A model generated the notes under the pieces. It had not been told where the DNA came from. It saw nothing but the letters and a program-made list of their open reading frames with translations, and ran no database searches. This document shows positions 1-9,519 of a DNA stretch of 64,000 nt, piece after piece. The number at the start of each line of letters is the position of its first letter. The first letter of the stretch is position 1. Source of the stretch: Acidobacteriota bacterium (GTDB lineage Bacteria > Acidobacteriota > UBA6911); the NCBI GenBank assembly GCA_963664705.1, contig OY761556.1:480001-544000 (forward strand). Reading direction: 5' to 3'. Position numbers and translations under genes: made by a program.

Positions 1-176
1 GGAATGGCAAGTGTGTTACAATCCCCGCCGGCGCTCTATAGCCGTGCGAAGATTATAGTTTATGCGAGTTATGGGAAGCAACTATTCAAGGCGGTATGCG
101 GGATATGAAGACGCCCATCCCATATGCTGTGCCCTGAATCCTTCATCTTGATCTGCTCTCAGTTCCGAGGTGAACC

Positions 177-659
177 ATGGAAATAAAAAACATCGGCCTT
201 ACTGTTCCGGAAAACAGCAACATCATCGTGGGGCAGAGTCATTTCATCAAAACGGCTGAGGATATTTATGAAATCCTCACTACGAGCTGTCCGCATTGCC
301 GGTTTGGTGTCGCTTTTTGTGAAGCATCCGGTCCATGCCTGATCCGTGTTGAAGGCAACGATGAGGAACTGAAAAGGACGGCGGCCGAAAATGCCATTAC
401 CATGGGGGCCGGACACACGTTTGTGGTTTTATTGCGGGATGCCTATCCCATTAATGTCCTGAATGCCATCAAGGGCTGTTCGGAGGTATGCCACATCTTC
501 TGTGCTACCGCCAATCCTCTGGAAATTGTTGTGGCGGAAACAGATCAAGGACGAGGTGTCCTCGGGGTCGTGGATGGTTTCTCTCCCAAAGGAGTTGAAA
601 CGGAGGCGGACGCAAAAGCCAGAAGAGAATTCCTGAGAAAGATTGGTTACAAGAGGTGA
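177..659 (+). CDS. Adenosine-specific kinase family (DUF355/PAE2307-like) protein
   Basis: Motifs [43 protein letters not shown] and the C-terminal LRKIGYKR are typical of this family; SD GAGGTG upstream. Confidence 0.85.
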   Translation: MEIKNIGLTVPENSNIIVGQSHFIKTAEDIYEILTTSCPHCRFGVAFCEASGPCLIRVEGNDEELKRTAAENAITMGAGHTFVVLLRDAYPINVLNAIKGCSEVCHIFCATANPLEIVVAETDQGRGVLGVVDGFSPKGVETEADAKARREFLRKIGYKR

Positions 660-754
660 TGCGGATTTTTGCTGGACATAAGAGCTGGTTCAGGCCGAAC
701 CTGAAATTTGAAACCTCCGACCAGCAACCGTTAGATTTTACCGCCCGATAGAGG

Positions 755-3214
755 ATGGGGTTTATGCAAGAGACGAAATGCGAATTGGCTCCCGGAACAC
801 TGCGCTGGATCTGCGACCCTTCTGTCTTTTCGTTCAAAACCACGGAGGAAATTCCTCCGCTGAAAGGTATTGTCGAGCAAGAGCGTCCAACGCGTGCCAT
901 ACGCTTTGGACTCGATATTACTTCACCCGGATACAACATCTATGTGAGTGGCTTGACCGGTACCGGCAAAACCACGGTCATCAAGACATTCCTGGAAGAT
1001 ATTGCCTCCAGGATGCCGGTTCCGGATGACTGGTGCTACGTGCATAATTTCCGGGATCCCAACTGCCCGATGGTTTTGAATCTGCCTGCCGGGCGGGCGA
1101 AAGTACTACGGGCCGAGATGGATGAGTTTGTCCGCCATCTGAAGACGGAAATTCCAAAAGCGTTCGAATCCAAGGAATACGAAGAGAGTGTCAGCCGGCT
1201 GGTCCGCGAGAATCAGGCGGTTCAGCAAATGATTTTCGGGCAGCTTTCAGCCAGAGTGAGGGCTCGGGGTTTTGAGATTGATATTACAAAGGTAGGTGTT
1301 TCCCTCCTTCCCGTTATTGAAGGGAAGCCCGTAACGGGTGAACAGTATGAGGCTTTGGATACCAAGGCCAAGCAGGATATCGAGCGGAGCAGATCGGAAT
1401 TGGATCCGGAGATTCAGGCGTTCCTGCGTCAGGTAAGAGATCTCAACAAGGAAAGCCGGGACAAGATTACGGATCTCCATCGCAGGATGGGGCTTTATGT
1501 TGTCGGAGGACGCCTGGAGGGGCTTCGTGAACAGCACGCGGATTTTCCTTCCGTTATTGCCTACCTGAAGGATGTCGAGGAGTACATAGTTTCGCACCTG
1601 GAGGATTTTACGGAGGATTCCGCAAAACAGGAGACGGGGACTCCGGCACAGATTCATCTGGAGCCCGAAGCGGATCCGTTTTTCAAATACAAGGTGAATG
1701 TTGTCGTCGATAACACCGGACTGCAGGGCGCGCCGGTGATTATCGAAACAAATCCTACCTATTACAATCTGTTTGGTCGCGTGGAGCGACGCGCGCAATT
1801 CGGGACTCTTTCCGCGGACTTTACATTGATTCGGGCTGGTTCTTATGCCAAAGCCAACGGCGGATTCCTGGTTGTGAACGCGCACGATGTTTTATTAAAT
1901 GCAGGGGTATGGGAATCCCTCAAGCGGACGGTAAAGAATAAAGAAGTCCGGATTGAAGACATTGCGGAGCAGTACGGAATGGTGACCGTGGCAGGCATGC
2001 GTCCAGGCGCAATCCCGGCAAACGTCAAGGTCATCATGATCGGGCATCAGTTTATCTATCACCAGTTGTATGGTGCCGATGAGGATTTTCGGAAAATTTT
2101 CAAGGTCAAGGCCGACTTTGATGCGGAGATGGCCCTGGACGTACAAGGACTCAACAATTACGCGTCATTTATCAGCTCCAGATGCTACGACGAAAATCTC
2201 CTGCATTTTGATCCGAGCGGCGTGGCAAAGGTGGCTGAATATGGCGCATGGCTTGTAGACAACCAGGAGAAACTCTCTGCCCGCTTCAGCGATGTGGCTG
2301 ACATCGTTCGTGAGGCCAGTTATTGGGCGCGCCACGCAGGGCTGACCGTTGTGTCCGCCGTTCATGTGCAGCAAGCGATCAATGAGAAGTGTTATCGGTC
2401 CAGCCTGATCGAAGAACGGATTCGAAATTTTGTAACCGATGGCAACGTCCTGGTGGATGTGGACGGGGAAAAAGTCGGCCAAGTCAATGGCCTGGCAGTG
2501 ATTGATATGGGCGACACGCGGTTTGGAAGGCCGTCGAGAATTACGGCAAAGACTTTTATGGGCAAGAGCGGTGTCGTTGATATCGAGCGAGAATCGAAAA
2601 TGAGCGGCCGAATTTATGAGAAAGGCGTACTCATTCTGAGCGGCTATCTGGGAGCAAAATATGCCCAGCAGCGGCCGCTTTCAGTCGCTGCCAGTCTGTG
2701 TTTTGAGCAATCCTATGAGGGCATCGACGGCGACAGTGCATCATCCACTGAGTTGTATGCCCTGCTGTCAAGCCTTTCCGGGGTTCCAATCCGCCAGGGG
2801 ATTGCGGTGACCGGTTCCGTCAATCAAAATGGTGAAATACAGCCTATCGGAGGCGTTAACCAGAAGATTGAGGGATTCTTCGATTTGTGCAGCGCCAAGG
2901 GGTTGACCGGTCGGCAAGGCGTCATGATTCCCAGGCAAAACATTAAAAATCTGATGCTGCGAACCGATCTTGTGGAAGCCGTAGCCGCCGGACAGTTTCA
3001 TGTCTTCGCGGTCAGCACGATCGATGAAGGAATTGAGATTTTGACGGGTCGCCCGGCTGGAATGCGGAGCGAGGCCGGGGTGTTTGAGAAAGGCACCATC
3101 AATCAACTTGTTGAGTCACGTTTAGGTGAATATGCCGAGGGATTGAGACGCTTCAGCCGGGAAGAGGAGCCTGCATGGAACTCTTCCGAGGGCGATGCGG
3201 GAGCATCAATGTAG
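755..3214 (+). CDS. LonC-type Lon-family protease (AAA-like domain with coiled-coil insertion plus Lon protease domain)
   Basis: Walker A GLTGTGKT, degenerate Walker B (FLVVNA), KVKADFD, catalytic Ser in DGDSAS and Lys in GGVNQKIEG. Confidence 0.9.
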   Translation: MGFMQETKCELAPGTLRWICDPSVFSFKTTEEIPPLKGIVEQERPTRAIRFGLDITSPGYNIYVSGLTGTGKTTVIKTFLEDIASRMPVPDDWCYVHNFRDPNCPMVLNLPAGRAKVLRAEMDEFVRHLKTEIPKAFESKEYEESVSRLVRENQAVQQMIFGQLSARVRARGFEIDITKVGVSLLPVIEGKPVTGEQYEALDTKAKQDIERSRSELDPEIQAFLRQVRDLNKESRDKITDLHRRMGLYVVGGRLEGLREQHADFPSVIAYLKDVEEYIVSHLEDFTEDSAKQETGTPAQIHLEPEADPFFKYKVNVVVDNTGLQGAPVIIETNPTYYNLFGRVERRAQFGTLSADFTLIRAGSYAKANGGFLVVNAHDVLLNAGVWESLKRTVKNKEVRIEDIAEQYGMVTVAGMRPGAIPANVKVIMIGHQFIYHQLYGADEDFRKIFKVKADFDAEMALDVQGLNNYASFISSRCYDENLLHFDPSGVAKVAEYGAWLVDNQEKLSARFSDVADIVREASYWARHAGLTVVSAVHVQQAINEKCYRSSLIEERIRNFVTDGNVLVDVDGEKVGQVNGLAVIDMGDTRFGRPSRITAKTFMGKSGVVDIERESKMSGRIYEKGVLILSGYLGAKYAQQRPLSVAASLCFEQSYEGIDGDSASSTELYALLSSLSGVPIRQGIAVTGSVNQNGEIQPIGGVNQKIEGFFDLCSAKGLTGRQGVMIPRQNIKNLMLRTDLVEAVAAGQFHVFAVSTIDEGIEILTGRPAGMRSEAGVFEKGTINQLVESRLGEYAEGLRRFSREEEPAWNSSEGDAGASM

Positions 3215-3295
3215 CTAAGGCTCGGGAAATGGATTTATGCGCGTAGGATGGAGCGCTCCATAACCCCTATTCGAGTCAGTGGAGTAAATGAGTTT

Positions 3296-4516
3296 ATGAT
3301 AAGCGTGGAAGAAGCACTTGAAATCCTTCTCTCCAATCTGCCGGACTGCAAAACAGAACAGATCCCGTTTGAATCAGCACTGGGACGGATATTGGCGGAA
3401 TCCCTGGTTGCAACCACCGACATTCCGCCTTTTCACCGGTCAGCAGTAGATGGGTATGCTTTGCATTCGTCCGATGTATTGAATGCACCGGTTGAGCTTG
3501 TCGTTGCCGGCGAGAGTCGTGCGGGCGGCGGAATGCCCGGCAAACTCCCGCCCGGCGAAGCCATATCCATCATGACCGGGGCGCCCGTGCCCGAAGGGGC
3601 AGATTGTGTGCAGATGGTTGAGGCCTCGAAGCTCTCGAGTGACGGCCATACCGTCACCATTCTCCAGGCCTCAAAAGCGCGCGACAATATCGCGCAAAGA
3701 GGCTCCGAGGCGAAGGCGGGCGATGTGGCGCTCCCGGCGGGGCACCGCATCGGACCGGCTGAAATAGCGGTGATGGCGACTTTTGGCTACCGTAACGCCA
3801 GGGTATACCGGCGGCCCAGTGTCGCGATTGTTGCGACAGGCGACGAATTGGTTGAACTGGATCAGCCGCCGCGGCCGGACCAAATCAGAAACTCCAATGC
3901 CTATTGTCTTGCCAGTCAGTTGCGTTACATGGATATCGATGCGGCCTACCTTGGAATCGCCAAAGACGACAAGAATGACCTGCGCAACAAGATGATCGAG
4001 GGGCTGGAACGCGACGTGCTGATCATTACCGGCGGCGTTTCCATGGGTGAATATGATTTCGTCAAAGATGTCTTTGACGAAATCGGGCTGGAAATTCTCT
4101 TCAGCAAGGTGGCGATCAAGCCGGGCAAACCTACCGTCTTTGCGCGGCGCGGGGATAAGCTGGTCTTCGGACTGCCGGGCAATCCTATTTCGGCGCTCAT
4201 TACATTCGAATGTTTTGTGCGTCCGACTCTTGGACGGCTCTGCGGTATGAAAAGTCCAGAGTTGCCGCGCATGACGGGTGAATTGCTGGCGGATATGAAG
4301 CAGGTCCCCGGCCGGACTGCATTCCTTCCTGCCTGGGTTTTCTGGGCGGATGGCGGGTGGAAGGTCGAACCGTTGCGGTGGAAAAGTTCAGCCGACATCA
4401 TCGGGTTTACACGAGCAAATGCGGCGTATATTTTTCCAAAAAATAAGGATTTTCTGAAGCGGGGAGAAATTGTTGAGCTGATGCTGCTGCCCGATTTCCT
4501 TACGCGGCAACGTTAA
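3296..4516 (+). CDS. moeA: Molybdopterin molybdotransferase MoeA
   Basis: PPFHRSAVDGYA, IMTGAPVP, TGDEL, TGGVSMG, KPGKP, GLPGNP. Start moved to ATG 3296 (MISVEEA). Confidence 0.95.
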   Translation: MISVEEALEILLSNLPDCKTEQIPFESALGRILAESLVATTDIPPFHRSAVDGYALHSSDVLNAPVELVVAGESRAGGGMPGKLPPGEAISIMTGAPVPEGADCVQMVEASKLSSDGHTVTILQASKARDNIAQRGSEAKAGDVALPAGHRIGPAEIAVMATFGYRNARVYRRPSVAIVATGDELVELDQPPRPDQIRNSNAYCLASQLRYMDIDAAYLGIAKDDKNDLRNKMIEGLERDVLIITGGVSMGEYDFVKDVFDEIGLEILFSKVAIKPGKPTVFARRGDKLVFGLPGNPISALITFECFVRPTLGRLCGMKSPELPRMTGELLADMKQVPGRTAFLPAWVFWADGGWKVEPLRWKSSADIIGFTRANAAYIFPKNKDFLKRGEIVELMLLPDFLTRQR

Positions 4517-4525
4517 CAATCTATC

Positions 4526-4577
4526 GATGACGGTTTACTATTGAACTTCAGTTCTGCAATCGTCAATCGGCAAATCG
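4526..4577. repeat. Degenerate period-7 inverted array between moeA and moaC
   Basis: GATGACG-GTTTACT-ATTGAAC, then CAATCGT-CAATCGG-CAAATCG. Confidence 0.45.
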
Positions 4578-4587
4578 GATAAACGGA

Positions 4588-5076
4588 ATGACTGGAAAAA
4601 AGGTATCAAATAAGTTGACCCATCTGGATGACCAAGGGCGCGCGCGAATGGTTGACGTTTCCGAAAAGTCGGATACATCGAGGCGGGCCATAGCGGAATC
4701 CTATATACGGATTTCCGCCGCGACGATGGGGTTGTTGCGTAAAGGGAAGCTGCCCAAAGGAAATGCTCTGGAAACCGCACGCCTGGCGGGTATTCTAGCG
4801 GCCAAACGGACGCCTGATCTGATCCCTCTCTGCCACCCGCTCCTTCTGACTCATGTGGATGTAGAGGCGGAGCCAGAGCGAAACGGCGTTCGTTTTGTGG
4901 CGACCGTGGCCTGCAAAGGATCGACGGGAGTTGAAATGGAAGCATTGACCGCGGCCTCGGTCGCCGCTCTGACACTCTATGACATGGTCAAAGCGGTTGA
5001 GAAAGGGGCTACAATTGATAGAATTCAATTGTTGGAGAAAAGCGGAGGGAAGAGCGGTCTTTACCGGCGGAAATGA
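4588..5076 (+). CDS. moaC: Cyclic pyranopterin monophosphate synthase MoaC
   Basis: [45 protein letters not shown]. Confidence 0.97.
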   Translation: MTGKKVSNKLTHLDDQGRARMVDVSEKSDTSRRAIAESYIRISAATMGLLRKGKLPKGNALETARLAGILAAKRTPDLIPLCHPLLLTHVDVEAEPERNGVRFVATVACKGSTGVEMEALTAASVAALTLYDMVKAVEKGATIDRIQLLEKSGGKSGLYRRK

Positions 5077-5127
5077 TTTGCCGGGAGCTCCCGGATAGGA
5101 CAACGCGCCGAGATACCGAGAACGGAT

Positions 5128-5496
5128 ATGCCAATTTACGAATATCTGTGCAAAGGCTGCAAACGTAAAATGAGTTTTCTGGTTATGTCCACGGCTTCCT
5201 TTCAGCCTGTATGCAAATATTGCAAAGGACAGGATCTGGAGCAGCTGTTCTCCCGATTTGCGATGCCCAAATCCGAGGAAAGTCGTCTTGAGTCCCTGGC
5301 CGATCCGTCAAGCTTTTCCGGGTTGGATGAAAATGACCCGGCCAGCGTGGCACGATGGATGAAAAAGATGGGCAAAGAGCTTGGTGAAGATTTTGGCGGG
5401 GAAGATATTGACCAGCTCGCGGAAGAAGCGGCACAGGAGGCGGCGGGCGGCGGAACGCCCGAAGATCCGGGAACTTCTCCGAGCGACGATTTGTAG
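5128..5496 (+). CDS. FmdB-family zinc-ribbon protein with acidic C-terminus
   Basis: MPIYEYLCKGC...CKYC N-terminal ribbon and an acidic tail. Confidence 0.85.
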   Translation: MPIYEYLCKGCKRKMSFLVMSTASFQPVCKYCKGQDLEQLFSRFAMPKSEESRLESLADPSSFSGLDENDPASVARWMKKMGKELGEDFGGEDIDQLAEEAAQEAAGGGTPEDPGTSPSDDL

Positions 5497-5562
5497 GGAA
5501 TCCGGCGGTTCCTGATGCCGTCGTGAATTGGATGATGGAGACGATTGCATCGTCAATCGTGA

Positions 5563-6873
5563 ATGGAAATGAGTTCCGAAATTTCGATGTCACCTGTTCA
5601 AACTGTAGAATCTCTGGCGGAAGCCTATCCGGATATCCCTTTCGAGGCGATTCTCAAAGAGGATCTTCTCCGACGCGGGATGTCCTGGAGCACCGATGCG
5701 CTGGAGGTTGCCGCGGCATTCAAAAGCAAAGCGTATTTTATCTGTTCCTTTGATATGGTCCCTATCTCTGAAATGGGACAGAAGGAGCATTTGAAGGCGC
5801 CGGAGGAAATTCGATTTTCCGGCGGCGCAAAAAATCTTCAGCCAACCGTCGTTTCTGTCCGACTGAATCCCGCTTCCGCCTATCGAGTAGAGACAGACGA
5901 AGGACGGCTTGTTCTGAGGGGCGGGGCGCAGTTGTTGGCCTCGGTCGAATTGCAGAAGTCGCCCGGCTATTATCAGCAAACTCTGAGCAGCGGGAAACCA
6001 ATCGCGGATATTGCACCCACGATCGAGTGGGGGTACCTCCTGTATCTGACCGCATTTCGTTTGTGTCAGTATTTCGGCGTACAGGAAGAATGCCAATTCT
6101 GCGATATCAATGAGAATTATCGGCAGCAGAAGCAATCAGGCCGTTCGTACACCGCCGTCAAATCCGTTGATGAGATTTTGGAGGCCCTCGAGGTTATTGC
6201 TTCAACCGATAGCGACAGCAAAGCGTACACGGTTACTGGCGGCAGTATTACGGGGACGCTGGATGGAAAATCGGAGATCGATTTTTATGTCCGCTATCCG
6301 GAGGCAATTGAGAAGCGATGGCCACGGCGCTGGATCAGCAAGGTTGTCGTGCAGGCGCTTCCTAAAGATGAGGTGACGCGGCTCCATGACGCGGGAGTTC
6401 AGGTGTATCATCCCAATTTCGAAGTCTGGGATAAGCGATTGTTTGAGACGTATTGTCCCGGGAAGTCCCGGTATATTGGAAGAGATGAGTGGATTCGCCG
6501 TATTTTGGATGCCGCATCCGTATTCGGTCCCGATCATGTAATCCCCAATTTCGTTGCAGGCGTTGAGATGGCTCCACCGGAAGGATTCCGATCGGTGGAT
6601 GATGCGATTGCCTCCACCGCGGAAGGCCTCGATTTTTTCATGAGCCATGGAATTTCGCCTCGATTCACAACGTGGTGTCCCGAGCCCTTGAGCGTCCTGG
6701 GAAAAGACAAGCAGGGCGCCCCTCTGGAATATTATGTCCGATTGCTGCGGGTTTACCGTGACACACGGGCCAGGTATCATTTGCCGGTACCGATAGGCTA
6801 CGGTGAGCCCGGACTTGGAAAGGCCGTCTTTTCCGTTTCCTCATTCATGGATGTAATTCCGCCGGTCTGCTGA
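5563..6873 (+). CDS. Radical SAM protein with non-canonical CX8CX2C motif
   Basis: CQYFGVQEECQFC (6064-6102) with an aromatic residue before the last Cys, TVTGGS, NFEVWD..LF..YCPGK. Exact start uncertain (ATG options at 5569 and 5587). Confidence 0.8.
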   Translation: MEMSSEISMSPVQTVESLAEAYPDIPFEAILKEDLLRRGMSWSTDALEVAAAFKSKAYFICSFDMVPISEMGQKEHLKAPEEIRFSGGAKNLQPTVVSVRLNPASAYRVETDEGRLVLRGGAQLLASVELQKSPGYYQQTLSSGKPIADIAPTIEWGYLLYLTAFRLCQYFGVQEECQFCDINENYRQQKQSGRSYTAVKSVDEILEALEVIASTDSDSKAYTVTGGSITGTLDGKSEIDFYVRYPEAIEKRWPRRWISKVVVQALPKDEVTRLHDAGVQVYHPNFEVWDKRLFETYCPGKSRYIGRDEWIRRILDAASVFGPDHVIPNFVAGVEMAPPEGFRSVDDAIASTAEGLDFFMSHGISPRFTTWCPEPLSVLGKDKQGAPLEYYVRLLRVYRDTRARYHLPVPIGYGEPGLGKAVFSVSSFMDVIPPVC

Positions 6874-6876
6874 AAA

Positions 6877-7920
6877 ATGCCGGAAATGCCAGAAGTAGAA
6901 ACTCTTGCCCGAAAGCTCCGACGCAGCATTGTCGGTAAACAGGTTGCGGAAGTACGCCTTTCAGGCTTCTCTCTGCGCAAGCCTATTGCCGATACGTTTT
7001 CCACGGTGCTGCGAGGACGCACGATTGTTCGGATCCTTCGAAGAGGCAAATACATCATCGCGGAGATGAAACCGAAGGCGTATTGGGTGATTCACCTTGG
7101 AATGAGCGGCAGCGTTTTGTACCGCCCGGGCAGCTCCGCTCCCGCCAAACATACACACGCCATTTTTCGTTTTGAGGATTCCTCCGAGCTGGAATACCGG
7201 GACCATCGGCGATTTGGTCTTCTGTCGGCATACGAAGTGCCGCGACTGAAACTCGTTCCGGAAGTTTGCAGCCTTGGAATGGATCCTCTGCTCGGCAGTT
7301 TTAAGGCACAGTGGCTTCTGCCGAGGCTCAACAAAAGCCACCAGGAAATTAAGTCGTTTCTCCTCGATCAAAGTAAAATTGCCGGGCTTGGAAACATTTA
7401 CGCGTGTGAGTCGCTGTTTTATGCGCGCATTCATCCATCCAGGCGATGCTACACTTTGGATCGGAGCGAAGCCGCCCGGCTGGTAAATGCAATTCGAAAG
7501 GTGCTGGGTAGCGCCATTCGGAATAAGGGCACAACGTTTTCGGATTTTATGGATTCGAATGGAGATCCGGGCGATAACCAAAGGTTTTTAAGGGTTTTTC
7601 AGCGTGAGGGAGAACCGTGCTACCGCTGCCATAATCCGATTGAGAGGATTCGGCAGGGGAATCGGAGTTCCTTTTATTGTTCATGTTGCCAGGTCTGGAC
7701 ATTGTTGTTGAAAGGGAGGTCTGAAATGACGGAATCGTATCGAAAGTGTTCTCATTGCAAGGGCACGGGGAAGTGCCGCAATTGCCATGGCACAGGCAGA
7801 CTGGCGCTCCAAAAGGGAAAAGCGTGCACATCCTGCTATCCGCATGGGAGCGGCAATTGTCAGAATTGCCGCGGACTGGGTGGTTTTGATGCTTCAGGAA
7901 ATCCGGCAAAAGCGGAGTGA
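6877..7920 (+). CDS. mutM: Formamidopyrimidine-DNA glycosylase Fpg/MutM with in-frame C-terminal DnaJ-type (CxxCxGxG) zinc-finger extension
   Basis: N-terminal PEMPEVET, RRGKY, HLGMSG, H2TH LLDQSKIAGLGNIYACE, zinc finger CYRC...YCSCCQ; then about 74 extra residues containing four CxxC units. Confidence 0.93.
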   Translation: MPEMPEVETLARKLRRSIVGKQVAEVRLSGFSLRKPIADTFSTVLRGRTIVRILRRGKYIIAEMKPKAYWVIHLGMSGSVLYRPGSSAPAKHTHAIFRFEDSSELEYRDHRRFGLLSAYEVPRLKLVPEVCSLGMDPLLGSFKAQWLLPRLNKSHQEIKSFLLDQSKIAGLGNIYACESLFYARIHPSRRCYTLDRSEAARLVNAIRKVLGSAIRNKGTTFSDFMDSNGDPGDNQRFLRVFQREGEPCYRCHNPIERIRQGNRSSFYCSCCQVWTLLLKGRSEMTESYRKCSHCKGTGKCRNCHGTGRLALQKGKACTSCYPHGSGNCQNCRGLGGFDASGNPAKAE

Positions 7921-7988
7921 CGATTGCTATTTCCTGAAAACGGATTGGATCTTGCAACGATCCGGAGTCGTCAATCGGAGTATTGCGG

Positions 7989-8765
7989 ATGTTTCTGGCC
8001 ATTGATATTGGGAATACAAACATCACTCTGGGACTCTACCAGGGAGACCGTCTAGGGCCGCGATGGCGGTTGGCCACCGGGCATGGCAGAATGCCGGACG
8101 AATACGGAACCCTTCTCATGGGGTTGTTTAAGAATTCGAAGATTGATCCGGCTGGAATCAGGGCAATCGCAATGGCCTCCGTCGTACCGCCTCTTACGGG
8201 GACCTTTGCCGAAGCCTGCCGGCGCTATTTACAGGCCGAGCCCTTCATTATCGACGGCAACAGCAAAACAGGAGTGCATATCCGTTACGAGGATCCTGCG
8301 CAGGTAGGCGCTGATCGTGTTGTCGATGCGGCAGCAGCGTACCGGTTGTATGGAGGGCCTGCCTGCATCATCGATCTTGGGACCGCAACCACGTTTGATG
8401 CGATATCCCGGGAAGGGGAGTACCTGGGAGGTGCGATTTCTCCCGGGATAGGGATCGCGGCGGATGCTCTTTTTCAGCGGGCGGCCAAGCTCCCTAAAGT
8501 CGATATCCAACGGCCCCCGGCTGCCATTGGCCGCAACACATCCCAGTCGCTGCAATCCGGGTTGCTGTTCGGTTATGTCGGATTGGTGGAAGGGATGGTT
8601 GCCCGCTTTCGTGCCGAATTGGGATCCGATACCAAAGTCATCGCAACTGGAGGACTGGCTGAGGTAATTGCCAGAGAAACAAAATCCATATCCATCGTGG
8701 CGCCATGGCTGACACTGGATGGGCTGCGAATCATTTACGAATTGAATAATCCGCAGCATCCCTGA
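7989..8765 (+). CDS. coaX: Type III pantothenate kinase
   Basis: LAIDIGNTN, SVVP, VGADR, IDLGTATTFD, GGAISPG, ATGG, LTLDGL. Confidence 0.95.
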   Translation: MFLAIDIGNTNITLGLYQGDRLGPRWRLATGHGRMPDEYGTLLMGLFKNSKIDPAGIRAIAMASVVPPLTGTFAEACRRYLQAEPFIIDGNSKTGVHIRYEDPAQVGADRVVDAAAAYRLYGGPACIIDLGTATTFDAISREGEYLGGAISPGIGIAADALFQRAAKLPKVDIQRPPAAIGRNTSQSLQSGLLFGYVGLVEGMVARFRAELGSDTKVIATGGLAEVIARETKSISIVAPWLTLDGLRIIYELNNPQHP

Positions 8766-8794
8766 TCATTTCCGCAGTATGAAATTCTCAAATC

Positions 8795-8828
8795 AGCACA
8801 AAACCAGGATGTCCGGGGCTTTTGTGCT
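8795..8828 (+). terminator. Hairpin after coaX (possible terminator or operator)
   Basis: AGCACAAAA...TTTTGTGCT 9-bp inverted repeat around a GC-rich imperfect stem. Confidence 0.4.
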
Positions 8829-8880
8829 AACCGTGTGCCGGGCGGCCGCCGATAAACAGTAGAACCAAGGTGATATTGAT

Positions 8881-9486
8881 ATGCAATCGTTTGCCTACAA
8901 TTCGAGGTGGCTCGCCGCCACATTGTCAACTGATGCGGTCATTACATCACTATCCTATGGAGCGGAACAGTTTACGGGGTATTCGCCTCAGGAACTTGTT
9001 GGCCGCCCGATTACCCAGATCTTCTCCGATCCAACGGCATTTGAGGTGGGCCGAATGCTGGATTCAGCCAATCAATGGGGGCATTGGGAAGGAGATATCA
9101 TCCATAGAACGAGGGCGGGAAAGGACCTTGAGGCACGAGGGACGGTGTCCTTGCTGGCGGGCAGCGGCAATCATTCTGCCGGGTACCTTGTCTTCTCGAG
9201 CCTGAATACAAAATCTGCAGGGAACAAGCCTCCCAATGCTCTTTCTACTGAGATTGCCGGGAAGCTGCGAACCTTTTCGCATGACCTGAACAATCCTCTC
9301 GCGGTGATGATGGGATTCGCACAACTGCTCATTTTGAATCCAAATTGTCAGGGGACGGTAAGGAAGGATATAGAAAAGCTTTATTCGGAACTGAAACGCG
9401 TTATCCTGGTCGTGGATAACCTGCACAGCTATGCGATGTCGATGTATGAAAAGCCTGAGAAGGAGAAGGAGGCGGCCAGCGGCTAG
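8881..9486 (+). CDS. PAS domain plus HisKA (DHp) protein lacking the HATPase domain
   Basis: PAS signature AEQFTGYSPQELVGRP...WEGDIIHRTRAG; H-box SHDLNNPLAVMMGFAQLL; stops right after DHp helix 2. Confidence 0.8.
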   Translation: MQSFAYNSRWLAATLSTDAVITSLSYGAEQFTGYSPQELVGRPITQIFSDPTAFEVGRMLDSANQWGHWEGDIIHRTRAGKDLEARGTVSLLAGSGNHSAGYLVFSSLNTKSAGNKPPNALSTEIAGKLRTFSHDLNNPLAVMMGFAQLLILNPNCQGTVRKDIEKLYSELKRVILVVDNLHSYAMSMYEKPEKEKEAASG

Positions 9487-9519
9487 CCTTGATGGCCAGC
9501 CGCCAATCACCGAACTTGC

